From the human T2T-CHM13v2.0 reference genome, Homo sapiens: a stretch of DNA of 64,000 bases. Within the stretch, counting starts at the first letter, position 1. Every line of letters begins with the position of its first letter. Below are positions 27,457 through 41,460 of this stretch, in pieces. A program made the translations under genes and the position numbers. Location: NCBI RefSeq assembly GCF_009914755.1, contig NC_060926.1. The stretch is one strand, 5' to 3'. Under the pieces are notes generated by a model. The model worked only from the letters and a program-made list of their open reading frames with translations. It was not told the origin of the DNA and made no database searches.

Positions 27457-28150
27457 ACGGAACTGAGATGAGGGGGATGTTGAAGGAGGCTTTTGGACAG
27501 TTCAAAGTCCTGTATCTCTACTGATGGTCCCTTGGTAAGGATCATTTTTGCATATTAAGGAGAGTACATTCCATAAATTAATATGTATCTAAAAATCCAT
27601 TCCTTTCTATATTGATGAAGTATTTAAGAGATTTTCTAAGTGTTTACTACGATTTGAGAGATTGCTAAAAACAGAACTTGTCAGGTAATGTTAGATATGC
27701 CCACATGTACATTGTTAGATTGCTAAGGATACCACACTCACGTTTACCAAATATTGGGTATCATGAATAAATCCTGGTTTGAAACCATTATGATGCCACA
27801 GTGTATTTAGGCTGCATGTTTAAGCTCTGTTGACAGACGAGTGAGCAGTAACTGAGTTAGCATCTCATGTAGAAACACAAAAAAATAAAATTGCATTAAG
27901 AGCTCTGTCAAGACAGGAAATCCACAGTCCTGACTTCTAGCAGTCCTTGGACTGCCCGGAAAGAGACTTTTAGGCATACCCTGCGATATGTTTCTTGGAA
28001 TCACTGGGGTTAAACTATTATCTCAATGTAATTATTTATCTTTCATCTCATAGGTACTTTTTCTTCTTTTTTGGAAGCAGAAAATAAATACTTGTTTGTG
28101 AATTCTTTTTTGGGATTCAAGTGTGTCCTTGGTGTCTCTTTTTTCCGTAG

Positions 28151-28249
28151 ATTGGAAGCTCCACAAACACCCTGAGTGCCCTGAAAACTGCTTTTGCTGA
28201 TAAAGAAACACAGGCAATCTACCTTCTGACCGATGGGAGACCTGATCAG
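28151..28249 (+). CDS. VWA3B: VWA3B coding exon (about exon 13), IGSSTNTLSALKTAFADKETQAIYLLTDGRPDQ, with the MIDAS Thr and the LLTDG Asp
   Basis: Acceptor ttccgtag|ATT, weak donor CAG|gtactt; 99 nt, phase 0-0. Confidence 0.95.
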
Positions 28250-29069
28250 GTACTTACCAGAGCTGGGAACAAAGAGGGCCTCACTGATGCTCTGAAAGCA
28301 AATGCTGGAAATGGGTCTGGGGGACCTTTTCAGCTGCCACCAAAAATCTGTGGACATATACTTCCTTGGCTTAGGGACTCAGATCTGAGGTGAGAAAATA
28401 CACTGAAAGATTCTTTTGTCTCTGGAAACTCTGAGGAGAATTTATGAGACAGTGAATGTTGCCTGGTGAGTGTGACACACACCCCTAGCCTGGAGACCAG
28501 CCCCACAAAAGGAGACGTCTGCTGTCCACTGAAGACTGGTTTGCATTTTATTACAAATGAAAAGTGAGGAGATTCTTTTTGATTTTTTTTCCTCTAGAGA
28601 CTCTGAATCTAACATGTCACTGCATAATGTCCTTGGCTTTACCTCTAAGGCTTAGTACTCATTTAAACAAAAACATGCCTTTCTAGCGAAATGTCCTTTG
28701 TTTTGTTTAGCCCGACTGGAAAATATTTGAAAAGCTGTAGAGGAGTCTGTTCATCTTCTTTTGAGCTTTGTGAATGAAAGAGGAGTACTCCAGGCATTAA
28801 ATAAATAGAAGGATTTTCAGGCCAGCGTAATGTAAATTAACAGCTAAAGTGAATTAGTGTCAACTCGCGTCCTTCCTTGTGAGATGGTTTGCATATGCAG
28901 ACTGCTAGGCAAATATTCTAAAATATCCTGTGGCAAAAAGTTCAGGGCTTAAAGAGAGTAAGCATCTGGATTTTACTGCAGCTTTAGATTTATGGCAGAA
29001 CGGGAGTGTGTAAAGTGAAAATTTATTTAAAATTTTTTTTCCTATCAACTTCACTGTGTTTTCTCTTTG

Positions 29070-30030
29070 GAAGCAGTTCATCGTGTCTCTCTTCTGTTCC
29101 ATGTGTGGTGCCAGGGTCTGAGGCTATAAAGATGAGTAACAGCTCATCCCTGCCTTTGGGAAGTTTGTGCTTTGGGGAATGTGCTAGATGTATACAGTTT
29201 AATACAACACGGGAACAGGGTTGCCTGTGCTATGTCTAGGGGCACAGAGTGATGGATTTTGCTGTACAGATGGAGGGAAGGTCAGGGCAGGTTCCAGCGA
29301 GGCGGGGACATTTGAGCTGTGTCTGGAAAGACAAGAAGGAATTTTTGGAACAGAAGACACTGTTGATGTCCTGGGCAGAAGGGACACAGAGGTGTGGAAA
29401 TATGTGGGGGGCTCAGAGAAAAAAGCTGAGGACAGGGGCAACGGAAGAAGATCAGGGTGGAGGTGAAAAACGTTGGGTTGAGGAAGACTGTGGAAGTCCT
29501 CGAATGCCATATTAGAAGGGTGGTGTCACCACAGAGAGGAACTCTCGGAGGAGCCGCCCACCCTACCCATCTGCATCTCAGAAACATGCCTCAGTTGTGC
29601 CAAGGAAAGGCTGGCGCTGCCATGGCCTGCTGCTGGGTCCTTGATGAAAGCTGGGAAGGACCTAGCCTTGGGTGGGAGCAGCAGGAATGGGAGGAGGGGA
29701 CTGCCTCCAGACGTGAGCCGCAGGAAGCAGCATCAACAGGACCTCATGGCCAGTTTGGAAACAGTGAGTGAGAGGTGAGGAGAAGGTAGGAGCAAGGCAG
29801 AAAGGAGTCAGGATGACTGATTCCTGGTTTACAATGATTTTGATATTAACGGATTGAAATGCAGATTTCAAGAAGAGGCAAGTAGGCTTGGGGGTGGCTG
29901 GTGGAGGAAGCTGTGTTTGCGAACCTCTAGGGAGTGCATGGGTGTCTAGAAGTCCCTAGAAATATGGAGCTGGAGTTAGGGGACAGTGTGGGCTGAAGAT
30001 TCCGACTTGAGAGACATCTAGGCAAGTCAA
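29070..30030 (-). mobile_element. L2 fragment
   Basis: Purine-rich antisense L2 (catttgagctgtgtctggaaagacaagaagga). Confidence 0.6.
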
Positions 30031-30129
30031 GGTGTATTTTTCTTTTTAATATACTCTTACTGATTTTTAAAATTGTTTACACTATGGACAACTTGGAAAA
30101 CACAGATAAGCATTAAAAAGGAGAAAATG

Positions 30130-30468
30130 TGGTTGGGTGGGGAGGCCCACTCCTGTAATCTCAACACTTTGGTAGGCTGAGGCAGGAGGATTGCTTGAGC
30201 CCAGGAGTTCAAGACCAGCCTGGACAACATATTGAGACCCTGTCTCTACAAAAAACTTTAAAATTAGCTCAGTGTGGTGGTGTGCACCTGTAGTCCTAGC
30301 TACTCAGAAGGCTGAAGTAGGGGGATCATTTGAAACCAGGAGTTCAAGGATGCAGTGAGCTATGATCGTGCTACTGCACTCCAGCCTGGGCAACAGAGCG
30401 AGTCCCTGTCTCTAAGAAAAAAACAAAAAAAAAAGCAAAACACAAAAAAAACAAAAAAAAGAGGAAAA
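30130..30468 (+). mobile_element. AluJ
   Basis: AluJ diagnostics (ggaggattgcttgagcccaggagttcaag; gagctatgatcg). Confidence 0.9.
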
Positions 30469-31381
30469 AATTTGAATCACTCATAATTGAATTTTGTGGG
30501 TTTTTTTCCCATCTAACATATCACATGCATTGTTCCAAGTCATCAAAAATTCTTCAGGAGCATCCTTCTCAATGACTGCATCACATTCTGTTATATGAAT
30601 TTAATAAAACTTGTACCTTAAAGCTATTTTTGTTTAAATTTTGAATAGTAATGTGTTCTAATGCATTCTTTTCTACCTTCGTAGAAAAGCATAGGTAGAG
30701 AAAATTCTCCCTCTCACCCCTTTCACCAGCTAGGAGGCAACTGATGGAACTAGTTTTTTTGTATCTCCTTTCAGAGATGGTTTCTGTTATACAGCAAAAA
30801 TGTATTCATATATATTTCATCTTTTTTAAAAAAACAACTGTTAGCCTATTATACACATGATTCTGCACCTTTATTCGTCAAACAGTATACCTTGGAGATG
30901 GCTTCATATCATTTCATAAAGAGCGTCCTCATTCTCTTCTAGGTTCCATCACATGGCTATCCCATCACTTATTTAGCTAGTCCCCTGCAGATACGCAGTC
31001 GGATTGTTTTTGAGCTTTCTGATTTACACAATCTTGCCAAAGGAACTCTGTGCATATATTGGTTTGCCTGTGAGTGAGTATATCTGTACGTGTAAATTCT
31101 GAGAAGTGGACTCAGCTGCAAGGTCCATGTTTTGATTGATACTGCCGAATAGCAGCCCCCAAAGAGGATGTCACAAGCAACATTCCCGCAAGCAGGGTAT
31201 TGACAAGAATTCTTGATCTACAGTCCAGTACGGACTTCTGAGGCTCTGGAATCTCCCAATAATATGTATAAAAATACACTCAAAATTTTTGTTTTCTTGA
31301 GAGAAGATCGATATATTTTACCAGATTCTGAAGGTCTACTCAAAGATGGAGAATCAAGGATATGGATAATAGCTGGAGTTA

Positions 31382-32037
<656 letters not shown>

Positions 32038-32974
32038 AATTTAGAAACTCTTGAGGACTTCCGAATTCAACACCTGCAAAAAGACTGCCCTTTCGACACA
32101 CGTGGTCTATTTTTTTTTCATTATTCCTTGGATTCTCTCAAAAAGGCAAATTGATATTTGATATTCATGTTCTATGTAGAAGATATGGAGATGTACCACT
32201 CAATTTCCATTTTTTGCTTTTGAATTTTCACTGGCTTTATAGGAACTGAATGTGTAAGGCCCGTGTTATTATTCCAAATATTCAGCAGAATTTTCTTTGT
32301 GGAAGAATAGACACAGATGCTGTTCTGGATCAGTTACATGGACACTAGCTTCCTGCCTGATTATTAAATGTCCGAGGGAGCATTATAAGGTGACACAGTC
32401 TTTAAAATTAAGCAGGTCAAAAAATTAAGTGGGTTCTAGAAATATTAGTCTTCGTTAAAAGGGAATCATATACACATTGGATAAGTGTCCTTTGGTGGGC
32501 ATCCATAGTGTAAGCTGGCAGGGTCTTTGCTGGGAACAGCCCCATGCAGCTTTGGCTGCGGTCATTTTGGGAATTCTTTAAAGTTATGGGCTGGTCTGGA
32601 CTGGAATCAAGAAAATGGACATGATAAAGGCATGTGCACCATCCTAAATAAAACTAATGGCTAAAGCCTTAGCATAGGGTATGTGAGGGCAGGAGGTTGG
32701 GGAAGGTGCAGGGTGATCAACCTGCACATGCACAAACAGACCTCCTTCCCGGCAGGGAGGAGATGGAATCTCGGCCTTTCTTGCCACTCCAGCTGATGTG
32801 TGTGGAGGAAGGCTGCACAGCTGATGTGTGTGGAGCCCTGGCTGCACAGCTGTTTAGACTCAGAGCAGAGGGAATGGGGAAAGTGGCTCAGGTGTGCTGC
32901 TTGGCCTTATCCTAGGCTGACAGCAGCTCCTGGCAAATAAAATGTACTCAACAAATATTTGTGGAATGCCTTCC

Positions 32975-33155
32975 AGGGAACATCATCTCATTTACTCCTC
33001 ACAGCAGCCGTTTAAGGAGGGAGTATCAGTTCTGAGCCACAGATGAGGAAACTCACATTAGACAGGACATGCCCTAGGCCATTCAGATGGGCAGTGCTGG
33101 ATGAGCTTCAAGCCCAAGTCTCTCGCTCTGGAGCTGTTTCCTTCATTCCATACAG
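32975..33155 (-). mobile_element. MIR
   Basis: catctcatttactcctcacagcagcc...acagatgaggaaact. Confidence 0.7.
32977..33015 (+). CDS. VWA3B: Candidate alternative MIR-derived VWA3B exon, GTSSHLLLTAAV-stop (coding part only)
   Basis: Acceptor gccttccag|GGA, in phase 0 with the preceding exon; TAA at 33013-33015. The peptide matches my recollection of a short annotated isoform (unverified). Confidence 0.55.
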   Translation, partial: GTSSHLLLTAAV

Positions 33156-34072
33156 CTGAAGACAGCATGAGTGGGAGAGACTGTCATGTGTATCATTGTA
33201 AGCACCCCCCCCCCCCCGCACCCAGTCTCAGGTGGTCCCTTCATGCTAAACTGGCATGATGTTCAAGTGCCCCAGGATGGTGCTGGGGAGCTGGGCAGAG
33301 GGTGGGGGTTCCCCTCAATGGCAGAGGGAGCTCCATCCCTGCAATGGGAAACAGCCATTCCTGTCCTCCTGCCCCCTCCCTGCTGAGGAGTCCTTTTGCT
33401 GGTTTGTATCCTCAGAGCTTTGAAGAGCACAATCAGAAAGTTGAAGCAAACCTCTCACCACCGCAGACTGACTAACCGTACCCCTTTCTGTCACTCATTC
33501 CAGCAGCTTCTCTGGGCTGTGGAGTGTGGGCCCACTCCCTGTCTAGCTCCTGTGTACAGTGAAGAAGCCTCTCTCAGCTCTGGGGCTCCTTAATCCATTT
33601 CTCACAGACCCTGCCTGCTTTCTTCAGTTTCTAAGATGAATGCCCAGCACATGGGAAGACCTTTAATAAACATCTCTTCCTTCACTCTCTGTGGGAAGCG
33701 GTTGACCATAGCATGTTGGAAGCTGGAAATTGCTCTTTTGTAGCCCAGCACTTTAAATGCATGGACTGTAAGTTCAGGCACACCTAAAGTTGAGTGACTT
33801 GGTTGGCCGAATCTTTCTCCTAGCTTCTTTGTCCCACCCAACTGAGAGACCTCAGAGCCAAGGCCCATGTCTTGTGGATCATTGTACTCTCACCATCTGG
33901 CAGTCTTTTCTTTATTTACTGAATTGAATCGACATGTTTTTAAGAAGCCACTCACCACTGTATACAGAATTACTATTTGAGTATCTGTAGTAAATACTAA
34001 GGATTTTCATATTCTTTTCTTTCTCTTCTCTTTCCATCTCCCTTCCCCCATCCCCAAAACTTATCGTTTCAG

Positions 34073-34255
34073 CCACCTGAAACAGTTATAGACCAGGTCA
34101 AACGTTTTCAGGAAATTCCTATTTATACCATCTCCTTCAATTACAATGATGAGATTGCAAACAGGTTTTTGAAAGAGGTTGCTGCTTTGACTGGAGGAGA
34201 GTTCCATTTTTATAATTTTGGTTGCAAGGATCCCACTCCCCCAGAGGCTGTTCAG
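34073..34255 (+). CDS. VWA3B: VWA3B coding exon (about exon 14), PPETVIDQVKRFQEIPIYTISFNYNDEIANRFLKEVAALTGGEFHFYNFGCKDPTPPEAVQ
   Basis: Long pyrimidine tract, acceptor tttcag|CCA, donor CAG|gtaaga; 183 nt; end of the VWA fold (LKEVAALTGGEF). Confidence 0.95.
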
Positions 34256-34399
34256 GTAAGAGCTTGGTGGGCTAAGAAGGGAGTGTTCATTTGTTTGAGC
34301 ATTACAGGCTGGCGGTCCCTGGGTAATACCTTCGTTGGGAAAATAGCAACCATAGAGATAACTAAGTCAAAAAAATGAGTCGCTTAACAATGAGTGTAC

Positions 34400-34718
34400 C
34401 AGTGTTTCTCAGAATGTAGCCCAAGGACCACCTGAGCTAGGGCACCTGAGCAGATTCCTGCATCCCATTTCAGAGATGCTAAAGCAGGTTGTAGGCATAG
34501 AGGCCCAGGAATTATAAATTAATATATATATTTTGTTTTTCTTCTAAACTTTTTATTACAGAAAGTTTCAAATATTACACAAAATAGAAGCATATATAGA
34601 CCTCCATGTACCTATAATTTAAATTCAACAATTATCAATATTTTGACAAACTTTAGGAATCTGTGTTTTTAACAGGGATACCCAGGGAGCTATATGTGAA
34701 GTTTGTTAATCACTGCTA
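34400..34718. mobile_element. MER5A-like hAT fossil split by a short L1 3' fragment
   Basis: cagtgtttctca...ggcccaggaat / aggaatctgtgtttttaaca...aagtttg...cactg. Confidence 0.55.
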
Positions 34719-36107
34719 TACACAGATATTTGTAGAAAATGAAACAATGTCAGATGTAGGTGGTTAGTTGCTTGCTGACCTCTCAGACTATATAACCATT
34801 TGACCACCTGATAAAGCAATTTATTCTAATAGGCTAATGGGAGAAAGCAAATAAAATTCTGTTCTCTCATCCTCCAGACTTGGCCTGTGCATATGCATTT
34901 CAAGGATGCCCTTCTAGGGTGTGTGTTTTTTGTTTTATGTTCTGAGGAGTGACTTTAAATCCAGATTCAGTGGGTAGCAGGACAAGTCAGAATACTGATC
35001 AGTGCTTCATGTGAGTGAACTACCTGAGACTAGGGAATGAATCATCCAAAAAACATTGGAGGGACCAGTGCTTTAAGCTCACAGAGGGCTGGGAAGAGTG
35101 CTCCCACTAGTGAGGATTGGAAACTTCATAATCCTTTGGGCACTGGGTAAAGTACACAGGAGGGTCTTGCCTTGGTAGTGGGAGCAACCAAACACTCTGC
35201 TTCCACCTAGGAAATCTTAAATGCAAGGCCTGAAAGGATCAAACTGTTTCCAACTAACTTAACTGCATCCCAGAACAAACCCCAAGAATAATTACAAGAA
35301 AACAAAAATATTCACCACTTAACAAAGTAAACTCAGCAATGCCTAGCACACAACCGAATATTACTAGGCATGCGAAAAAGTAGGAAAATACAGACCCATA
35401 ATGAGGAGGAAAAACAAACTGAAGACTTAAAATGTACCCAGAACTCAATGTTACTATTAGAGCATTAAAACTGTTCTTGTAACTGTGGGGGAGACATGAA
35501 AGGTACAAGTAAGACACAAATTAAACTAGCAATGAAAAATATATAGAATGGGATGAACAGCAGATCAGACATTGCGTAACACAAAACTAGTGAATTGGAA
35601 GGCAGCAATAGAAACTATCCAAAATGTAACACAGAAGAAAGAGAATTCAAATAAAAAAAACAAAAACAAAAACAAAGAAACAAACCAAAACAAAAAACAG
35701 AGCATCAATGAGTCGTGGAAAAATCCGATCAGTCTAATAAACACATAACTGAAGCAACAGTGGCCAAAAATTTTCCAAATTGGATTATGGCTATAAACAC
35801 ACAGATCCAAAAGAACCTCAATGAATCCCAAGCACGAGAAACATGAAGAAAACCAGACTAAGGCAGAATCAAACTTTCCAGAAGCAATGACAAAGAGAAC
35901 ATCTTAAAATAATAGAAAGAAGACACATTGTGCACAGAGGAACAGTAGTAAAGATGACAGCAGATGTCTCATCAGAAATAATGCAAGTGAGGAGACAGTG
36001 GAGAAACATGTTTAAAATACTGAGAGGCTGTCCACATAGAGCCTATGCGGACTGAAAATATCTTTCAAAGCAGGATATAAAATAGACTTTTTAAGATATA
36101 TAAAAAC

Positions 36108-36412
36108 GGTCAGGTGCAGTGGCTCACACCTGTAATCCTAGCACTTTGGGAGGTTGAGGTGGGCAGATTGCTTGAGCTCAGGAATTCAAGACCAGCCTGA
36201 GCGACACGGCAAGACCCCACCTCTACAAAAAATATAAAAAGTAGCTGGGCATGGTGGTTTGCACCTGTAGTTCTAGCTACTTTGGGGGGCTAAAGCGGGA
36301 GGATCACTTGAACCCGGGAGGCAGAGGCTGCAGTGAGCCGAGATCACACCACTGTACTCCAGCCTGGGTGACAGAGTGAGAACCTGTCTCATAAAAAAAA
36401 AAAAAAAAAAAA
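36108..36412 (+). mobile_element. AluJ
   Basis: Alu dimer with A tail. Confidence 0.9.
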
Positions 36413-36745
36413 AGATACGAAAAAACTAAAAGAATTCATCACCAACAAGCCTGCGGTACCAGAAACATTAAAGGGGAGTACTTTAGACAGAAGGAAAACC
36501 TTACCAGATAGAAATATGAGTCTATGCTAAGGAATAAAAAACATTGGTAAAGATGATGCTAACTGCATAGGTAAATATGTAAAAAAAAATTCTTATTGCA
36601 CAATTATAAGAAAAAGTGCAGGATAGACTTCCAGTTCCAGCAAAGATAGAGTAGTGCCATCCCTTGTAGGTCCACCATCTCAAAACCAGAAAGCCCTGGT
36701 TATATCTCCAAAAGAGGACAAAGGACTCATTGTCCCATCATTCTT

Positions 36746-37369
36746 CAACCATTGTGGAAGACAGTGTGGCGATTCCTCAAGAATCTAGAACCAGAAATAC
36801 CATTTGACCCAGCAATCCCATTACTCGGTATATACCCAAAGGAATTTAAATCATTCTACTATAAAGACACATGCACACATATGTTTATTGCGGCACAATA
36901 AACAATATGCAAACAATTCACAATAGCAAAGACATGGAACCAACCCAAATGCCCATCAATGATAGACTGGATAAAGAAAATGTGGTACATATACACCATG
37001 GAATACTATGCAGCCATAAAAAGGAATGAGATCGTGTCCTTTTCAGGGACATGGATGAAGCTGGAAGCCATCATCCTCAGCAAACTAATACAGGAACAGA
37101 AAACCACACACCGCATGTTCTCACTTATAAGTGGGAGCCGAACAATGAGAACACATGGACACAGGGAGGGGAACATCACACACCTGGGGCCTGTCGGGGG
37201 CGGGGCAGAGGGAGGGAGAGCATCAGGACAAATAGCTAATGCATGTGGGGCTTAATACCTAGGTGACAGGTTGATAGGTGCTGCAAACCACTGTGGCATA
37301 TGTTTACCTATGTAACAAACCTGCGTGTTCTGCACATATATCCTGGAACTTAAAGTAAAAAAAAAAAAA
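36746..37369 (+). mobile_element. L1PA 3' end, 5'-truncated
   Basis: MIDWIKKMWYIYTMEYYAAIK ORF2 C-terminus, 3'UTR and poly-A; degenerate TSD actcattgtc...tcattct. Confidence 0.92.
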
Positions 37370-39934
37370 TGACACTCATTGTCGTGTCATTCTCCAAGTT
37401 CTGAGGTCCCTTGGCAATGAGTCCTTGGGACTTTATTTCTATTCGTATATCCCAGACAGGGCACTGCAGAAGCCTCTCCAACCTGGGATCTCCAACAAGC
37501 ACTGACAAAGAAAGCTCCACGAAAAGCCTGTTCCCCACCACCCCTGCCCGAGCCAAATGACTGGGAAGAGCACGGCTTAATAACAGAAAACCTTTTTGGC
37601 AATATCTGTCCTGCTCCAGTCATATACCATGGAAAAAACTGCATCCCCTCCCCTGGGATTTCAGTGGTGCCAAACAGGGAGTTAATCTTTCACCCACTCT
37701 CTTGCTTCATGGAAGCAAGTGACTGTGCTCTGATCCCCCTGCCGAGTGGAATAGTAGAGCTGACCAGGGAGCTAAACTTCCATCCCTACGTGGTGGAAGC
37801 AGGCAGCAATGCTCTGATTTATTTCCCTGCTGAGGCTGTGTCAGTGAGGCTTAGTGGAAAGCTCATTCTCCTTCTGGAAGCAGGTGGTGCTTACATTCTC
37901 CTACTAGAGTAATATCAGAGGGACTGAGTGGGAAGCTGATCTCTCATCCCTGAGTGGGCAGGAGCAGCAGTGCTCTGAGTCCCTCACCAGGGTAGCGTCC
38001 ATGGTGCCCAGTGTCGAGCCAACCCTCCACTCCTCTCAGGCAGCACCACAACCTAACCAGGCAGTGTGAGGCCAGTCTAGTCACTGTTGTGCTTCACCAG
38101 AGTCCTCATGTCAGCAGGACTCAGCACGAAGCTGAGCCTCTACAAAGACCCATTATCAATGAAAGTGAAAAAAGAAGCAAGCTGGGGAAAGGCCACGCTC
38201 TGCTTTCCCCCATCCGTGGTGTTAGTAATGGGAAGCCTCACCTCCACACTCACACAACAGCATGAGACCAAAGGAGAAAGTGTGAAACAGGACTAGCCCC
38301 CACGGTGGTCCTCCCCATAATGTCAGCAGGGCCCAGTGGAGGACTGAGGCTCCACTTCCGTTCAGCATCGACGAGACTGAAGGAGGTAGTGCTAGGTGGG
38401 CTACTCATACCCTATCAACTTCCTACCCTTAAGAGAAAACTGTCCCACAAAAGAAAACTGTCCCACAGAAAGACAGTTGAACTCTTAATCCCACCACTCT
38501 GACAGCTCACCTTGACAAAAATAGCTGGGAGAGCTCACCAGATACATAGTTATGCCCAAGTGAAAGTGAAATTGATCTGTAACAGTCCCCACACATATAA
38601 GAAGTACACCAGAGGAGGATGTTTACTTGGATAGGTGGGCAGAGCTTGCTAAAGGGACACAGCTGCCAGTGGCCCATCTGGGAAGCCTCGTTGTCTCTGC
38701 AGGCCTGAGACTCTCCTCTCCTTCAGAGACACATCAGAGTGCGTTGGAAGAACAGGCAGGAGAGGCCCAGCTAGAACTAGTGGCCCCTTGCAGAAGATTC
38801 TTTGTCCCTGTGGGCCAAGGGCTCTCATACCCTACCCAGTGACACAGGAACACCTGGAGGACAGCAGGGGAGGTACCAAGAGACACCTGGAAGCCTGACG
38901 GAGGGAAACGCCTCCTGTCTCTTCAGGCAGCACCAGCAAGGACCAGTGGGGTCCAGAATGGCACCAGATTCACAAAGAAGACCAAGATAATACCAAAAGC
39001 TTCTGAACATCAAACTGCCGTTGGAGCAAAGACCCACAGAAGTAGGACAAATCTCACATGCTAAATTTAAGCAGGGCAACTACCAAGTAAAATAAAAGAT
39101 TTTAAATAGGACCCAGAATCTTCTCACACAATAGGAAATACCTAGGATCCAGTAAAAAAAGTGCCCATCACACAAAGAGCCAAGAAAGCCCCAATTTGAA
39201 TGAGAAATGACAAACAAATGATGCCAACACTGAGATGAATCGTATGTTGGAATGACCTGCAAGGATTTTAAAGAAGCTGTCATAAAGATGCTTCAACAAT
39301 CAATTACAAATCCTCTTGAAACAAATGAACAAATAGGCAATCTCAGAATATAAGTAGGAATTATAAAAAAAATTCCAAGTGGAACTTTGAGAACTGAAAA
39401 ATACAAGAGCAGAAATTTTTAAAACCTCAGTAGATAGGTTCAATAGTGAAGTGGAGATGACAGGATAATGTCAGTGAACTTAAGGTCAGAACAACAAAAT
39501 TCAGTCACTCTAAACAACAGAGAGAAAATAGACCAAAAAAAAAAAAAAAAGGTAGAGCCACGAGGACCTGTGAGACAATGACAAAATATCCAGCATTAGT
39601 ATCATCGGAGTCCACCAAAGAGACAAGAAGGAAAAATGGGACTGAAAAAAAAGTGACAAAATAATAGCTGAAAACTTCCCAAAGTTGGTGAAATATACAA
39701 ATATACAGATTCAAGAATCTGAGTAAACTCCAAACAGGATAAGCCCAAAGAAATCCAGGCCAAGACATGTCATAGTTAAACGTTTGAAAATTAAAGACAA
39801 AGAAAAAAATGAGAAAAATGACACCAATTCAATTGCAGATTTGACAGCAGACTTCCTGTTCAAGACCAAAGAAGCCAGGGGGAAAATGGCACGATAGTTT
39901 TCAAGTATGAAAGGAAAGAACCATTAACCATGAA

Positions 39935-40245
39935 TTTTATTATTTTACTTTTATTTTATTTTATTTTAGTTTTAGAGACAAGGGTTTTACTCCATCACCC
40001 AGGCTGGAGTGCAGTGACACAATCTTGGCTCACTGAAGCCTTAAACTGTTGGGCTCCTGTGATTCTCCTGCCTCAGCCTTCCAAGTAGCTAGGACTACAG
40101 GCGTGTGCCACCATGCGTGGCTAATTTTTTTATTTGTAGAGATAGGGTCACACTATGTCGCCCAGGCTGGTCTTGAACTCCTGGCCTCAAGCAGTCCTCC
40201 TGCCTCAGCCTCTCAAAGTGCTGAGATTACAGGTATTAGCAACCC
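39935..40245 (-). mobile_element. AluJ
   Basis: Antisense old Alu. Confidence 0.88.
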
Positions 40246-40384
40246 CAAACTTTATATTTCACAAAACTATCCTTCAAGGATGAAGGGGAAATAAAAATAT
40301 TCTCAGATAAATAAAAACTAAAAGAACTTATTGTTAGAAAACTTATTTTTATTGATTGTTTACAGGAGGGTTTTCAAGCTAAAG

Positions 40385-40505
40385 GAAATTATAAAAGAAA
40401 TAATTGGAGCATCAGAAAGAAAAGAAGAGATTATAAAAGAAATAATTGGAGCATCAGAAAGAAATTATAAAAGAAATAATTGGAGCACCAGAAAGAAAAG
40501 AAGAA
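40385..40505. repeat. Three tandem copies of a 33-42 bp unit
   Basis: attataaaagaaataattggagca(t/c)cagaaaga occurs three times. Confidence 0.9.
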
Positions 40506-41135
40506 AGAGCAGAAATATGGGGAGATATAATAGATCTATCCTTTTCTTCATGAGATTTACAAATCATATTTTTAATGATTGAAACAAAAGTTGTAACATC
40601 ACCTAACACTGAAGACAATAATATTTAAAGCTGGAGAAGGTAAAGGGACCTGAATGGAAGTGATGTTTACATATTTTCATTGAAGGAGTAAAATGTTGAT
40701 GCTGGGACTGTTATAAGTCACATATATATGCTGTCATACTGACAAGATTCATTACAAAAGCAATACAAAGGGCTACGTTCAAAAACTCTGTAAATAAATC
40801 AAAATAGAATTGTAAGAAAAAAAAAGTTTAAATAACCTGAAGGAAGGCAAGGAAAGACAAACAGAGGAATGAGAAAACAAACCATAAAATACTGGAAGTA
40901 AGTGCTAACATGTCAATAATACTTTTTAAATTAATGGTCTAATCACACCAATCAAAAGACAGATACTGGCAGTGTGAATTAAAAAAAAAAAAAAGAACAC
41001 AACCAAACTATGTGCTGCTTTTGAGAATCTCACTTTAATTCTACATAGGTAGGTTCAACTAAAAGGATTTTTTGAAATACATCATGCAAAAATCCTCAAC
41101 AAAATATTAGTAAAATGAATCCAGCAATGTATTAA

Positions 41136-41460
<325 letters not shown>

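Noticed and set aside
40385-40505. CRISPR-like repeat array
   Set aside because: Eukaryotic intron with no unique spacers and no cas genes; a simple tandem repeat.
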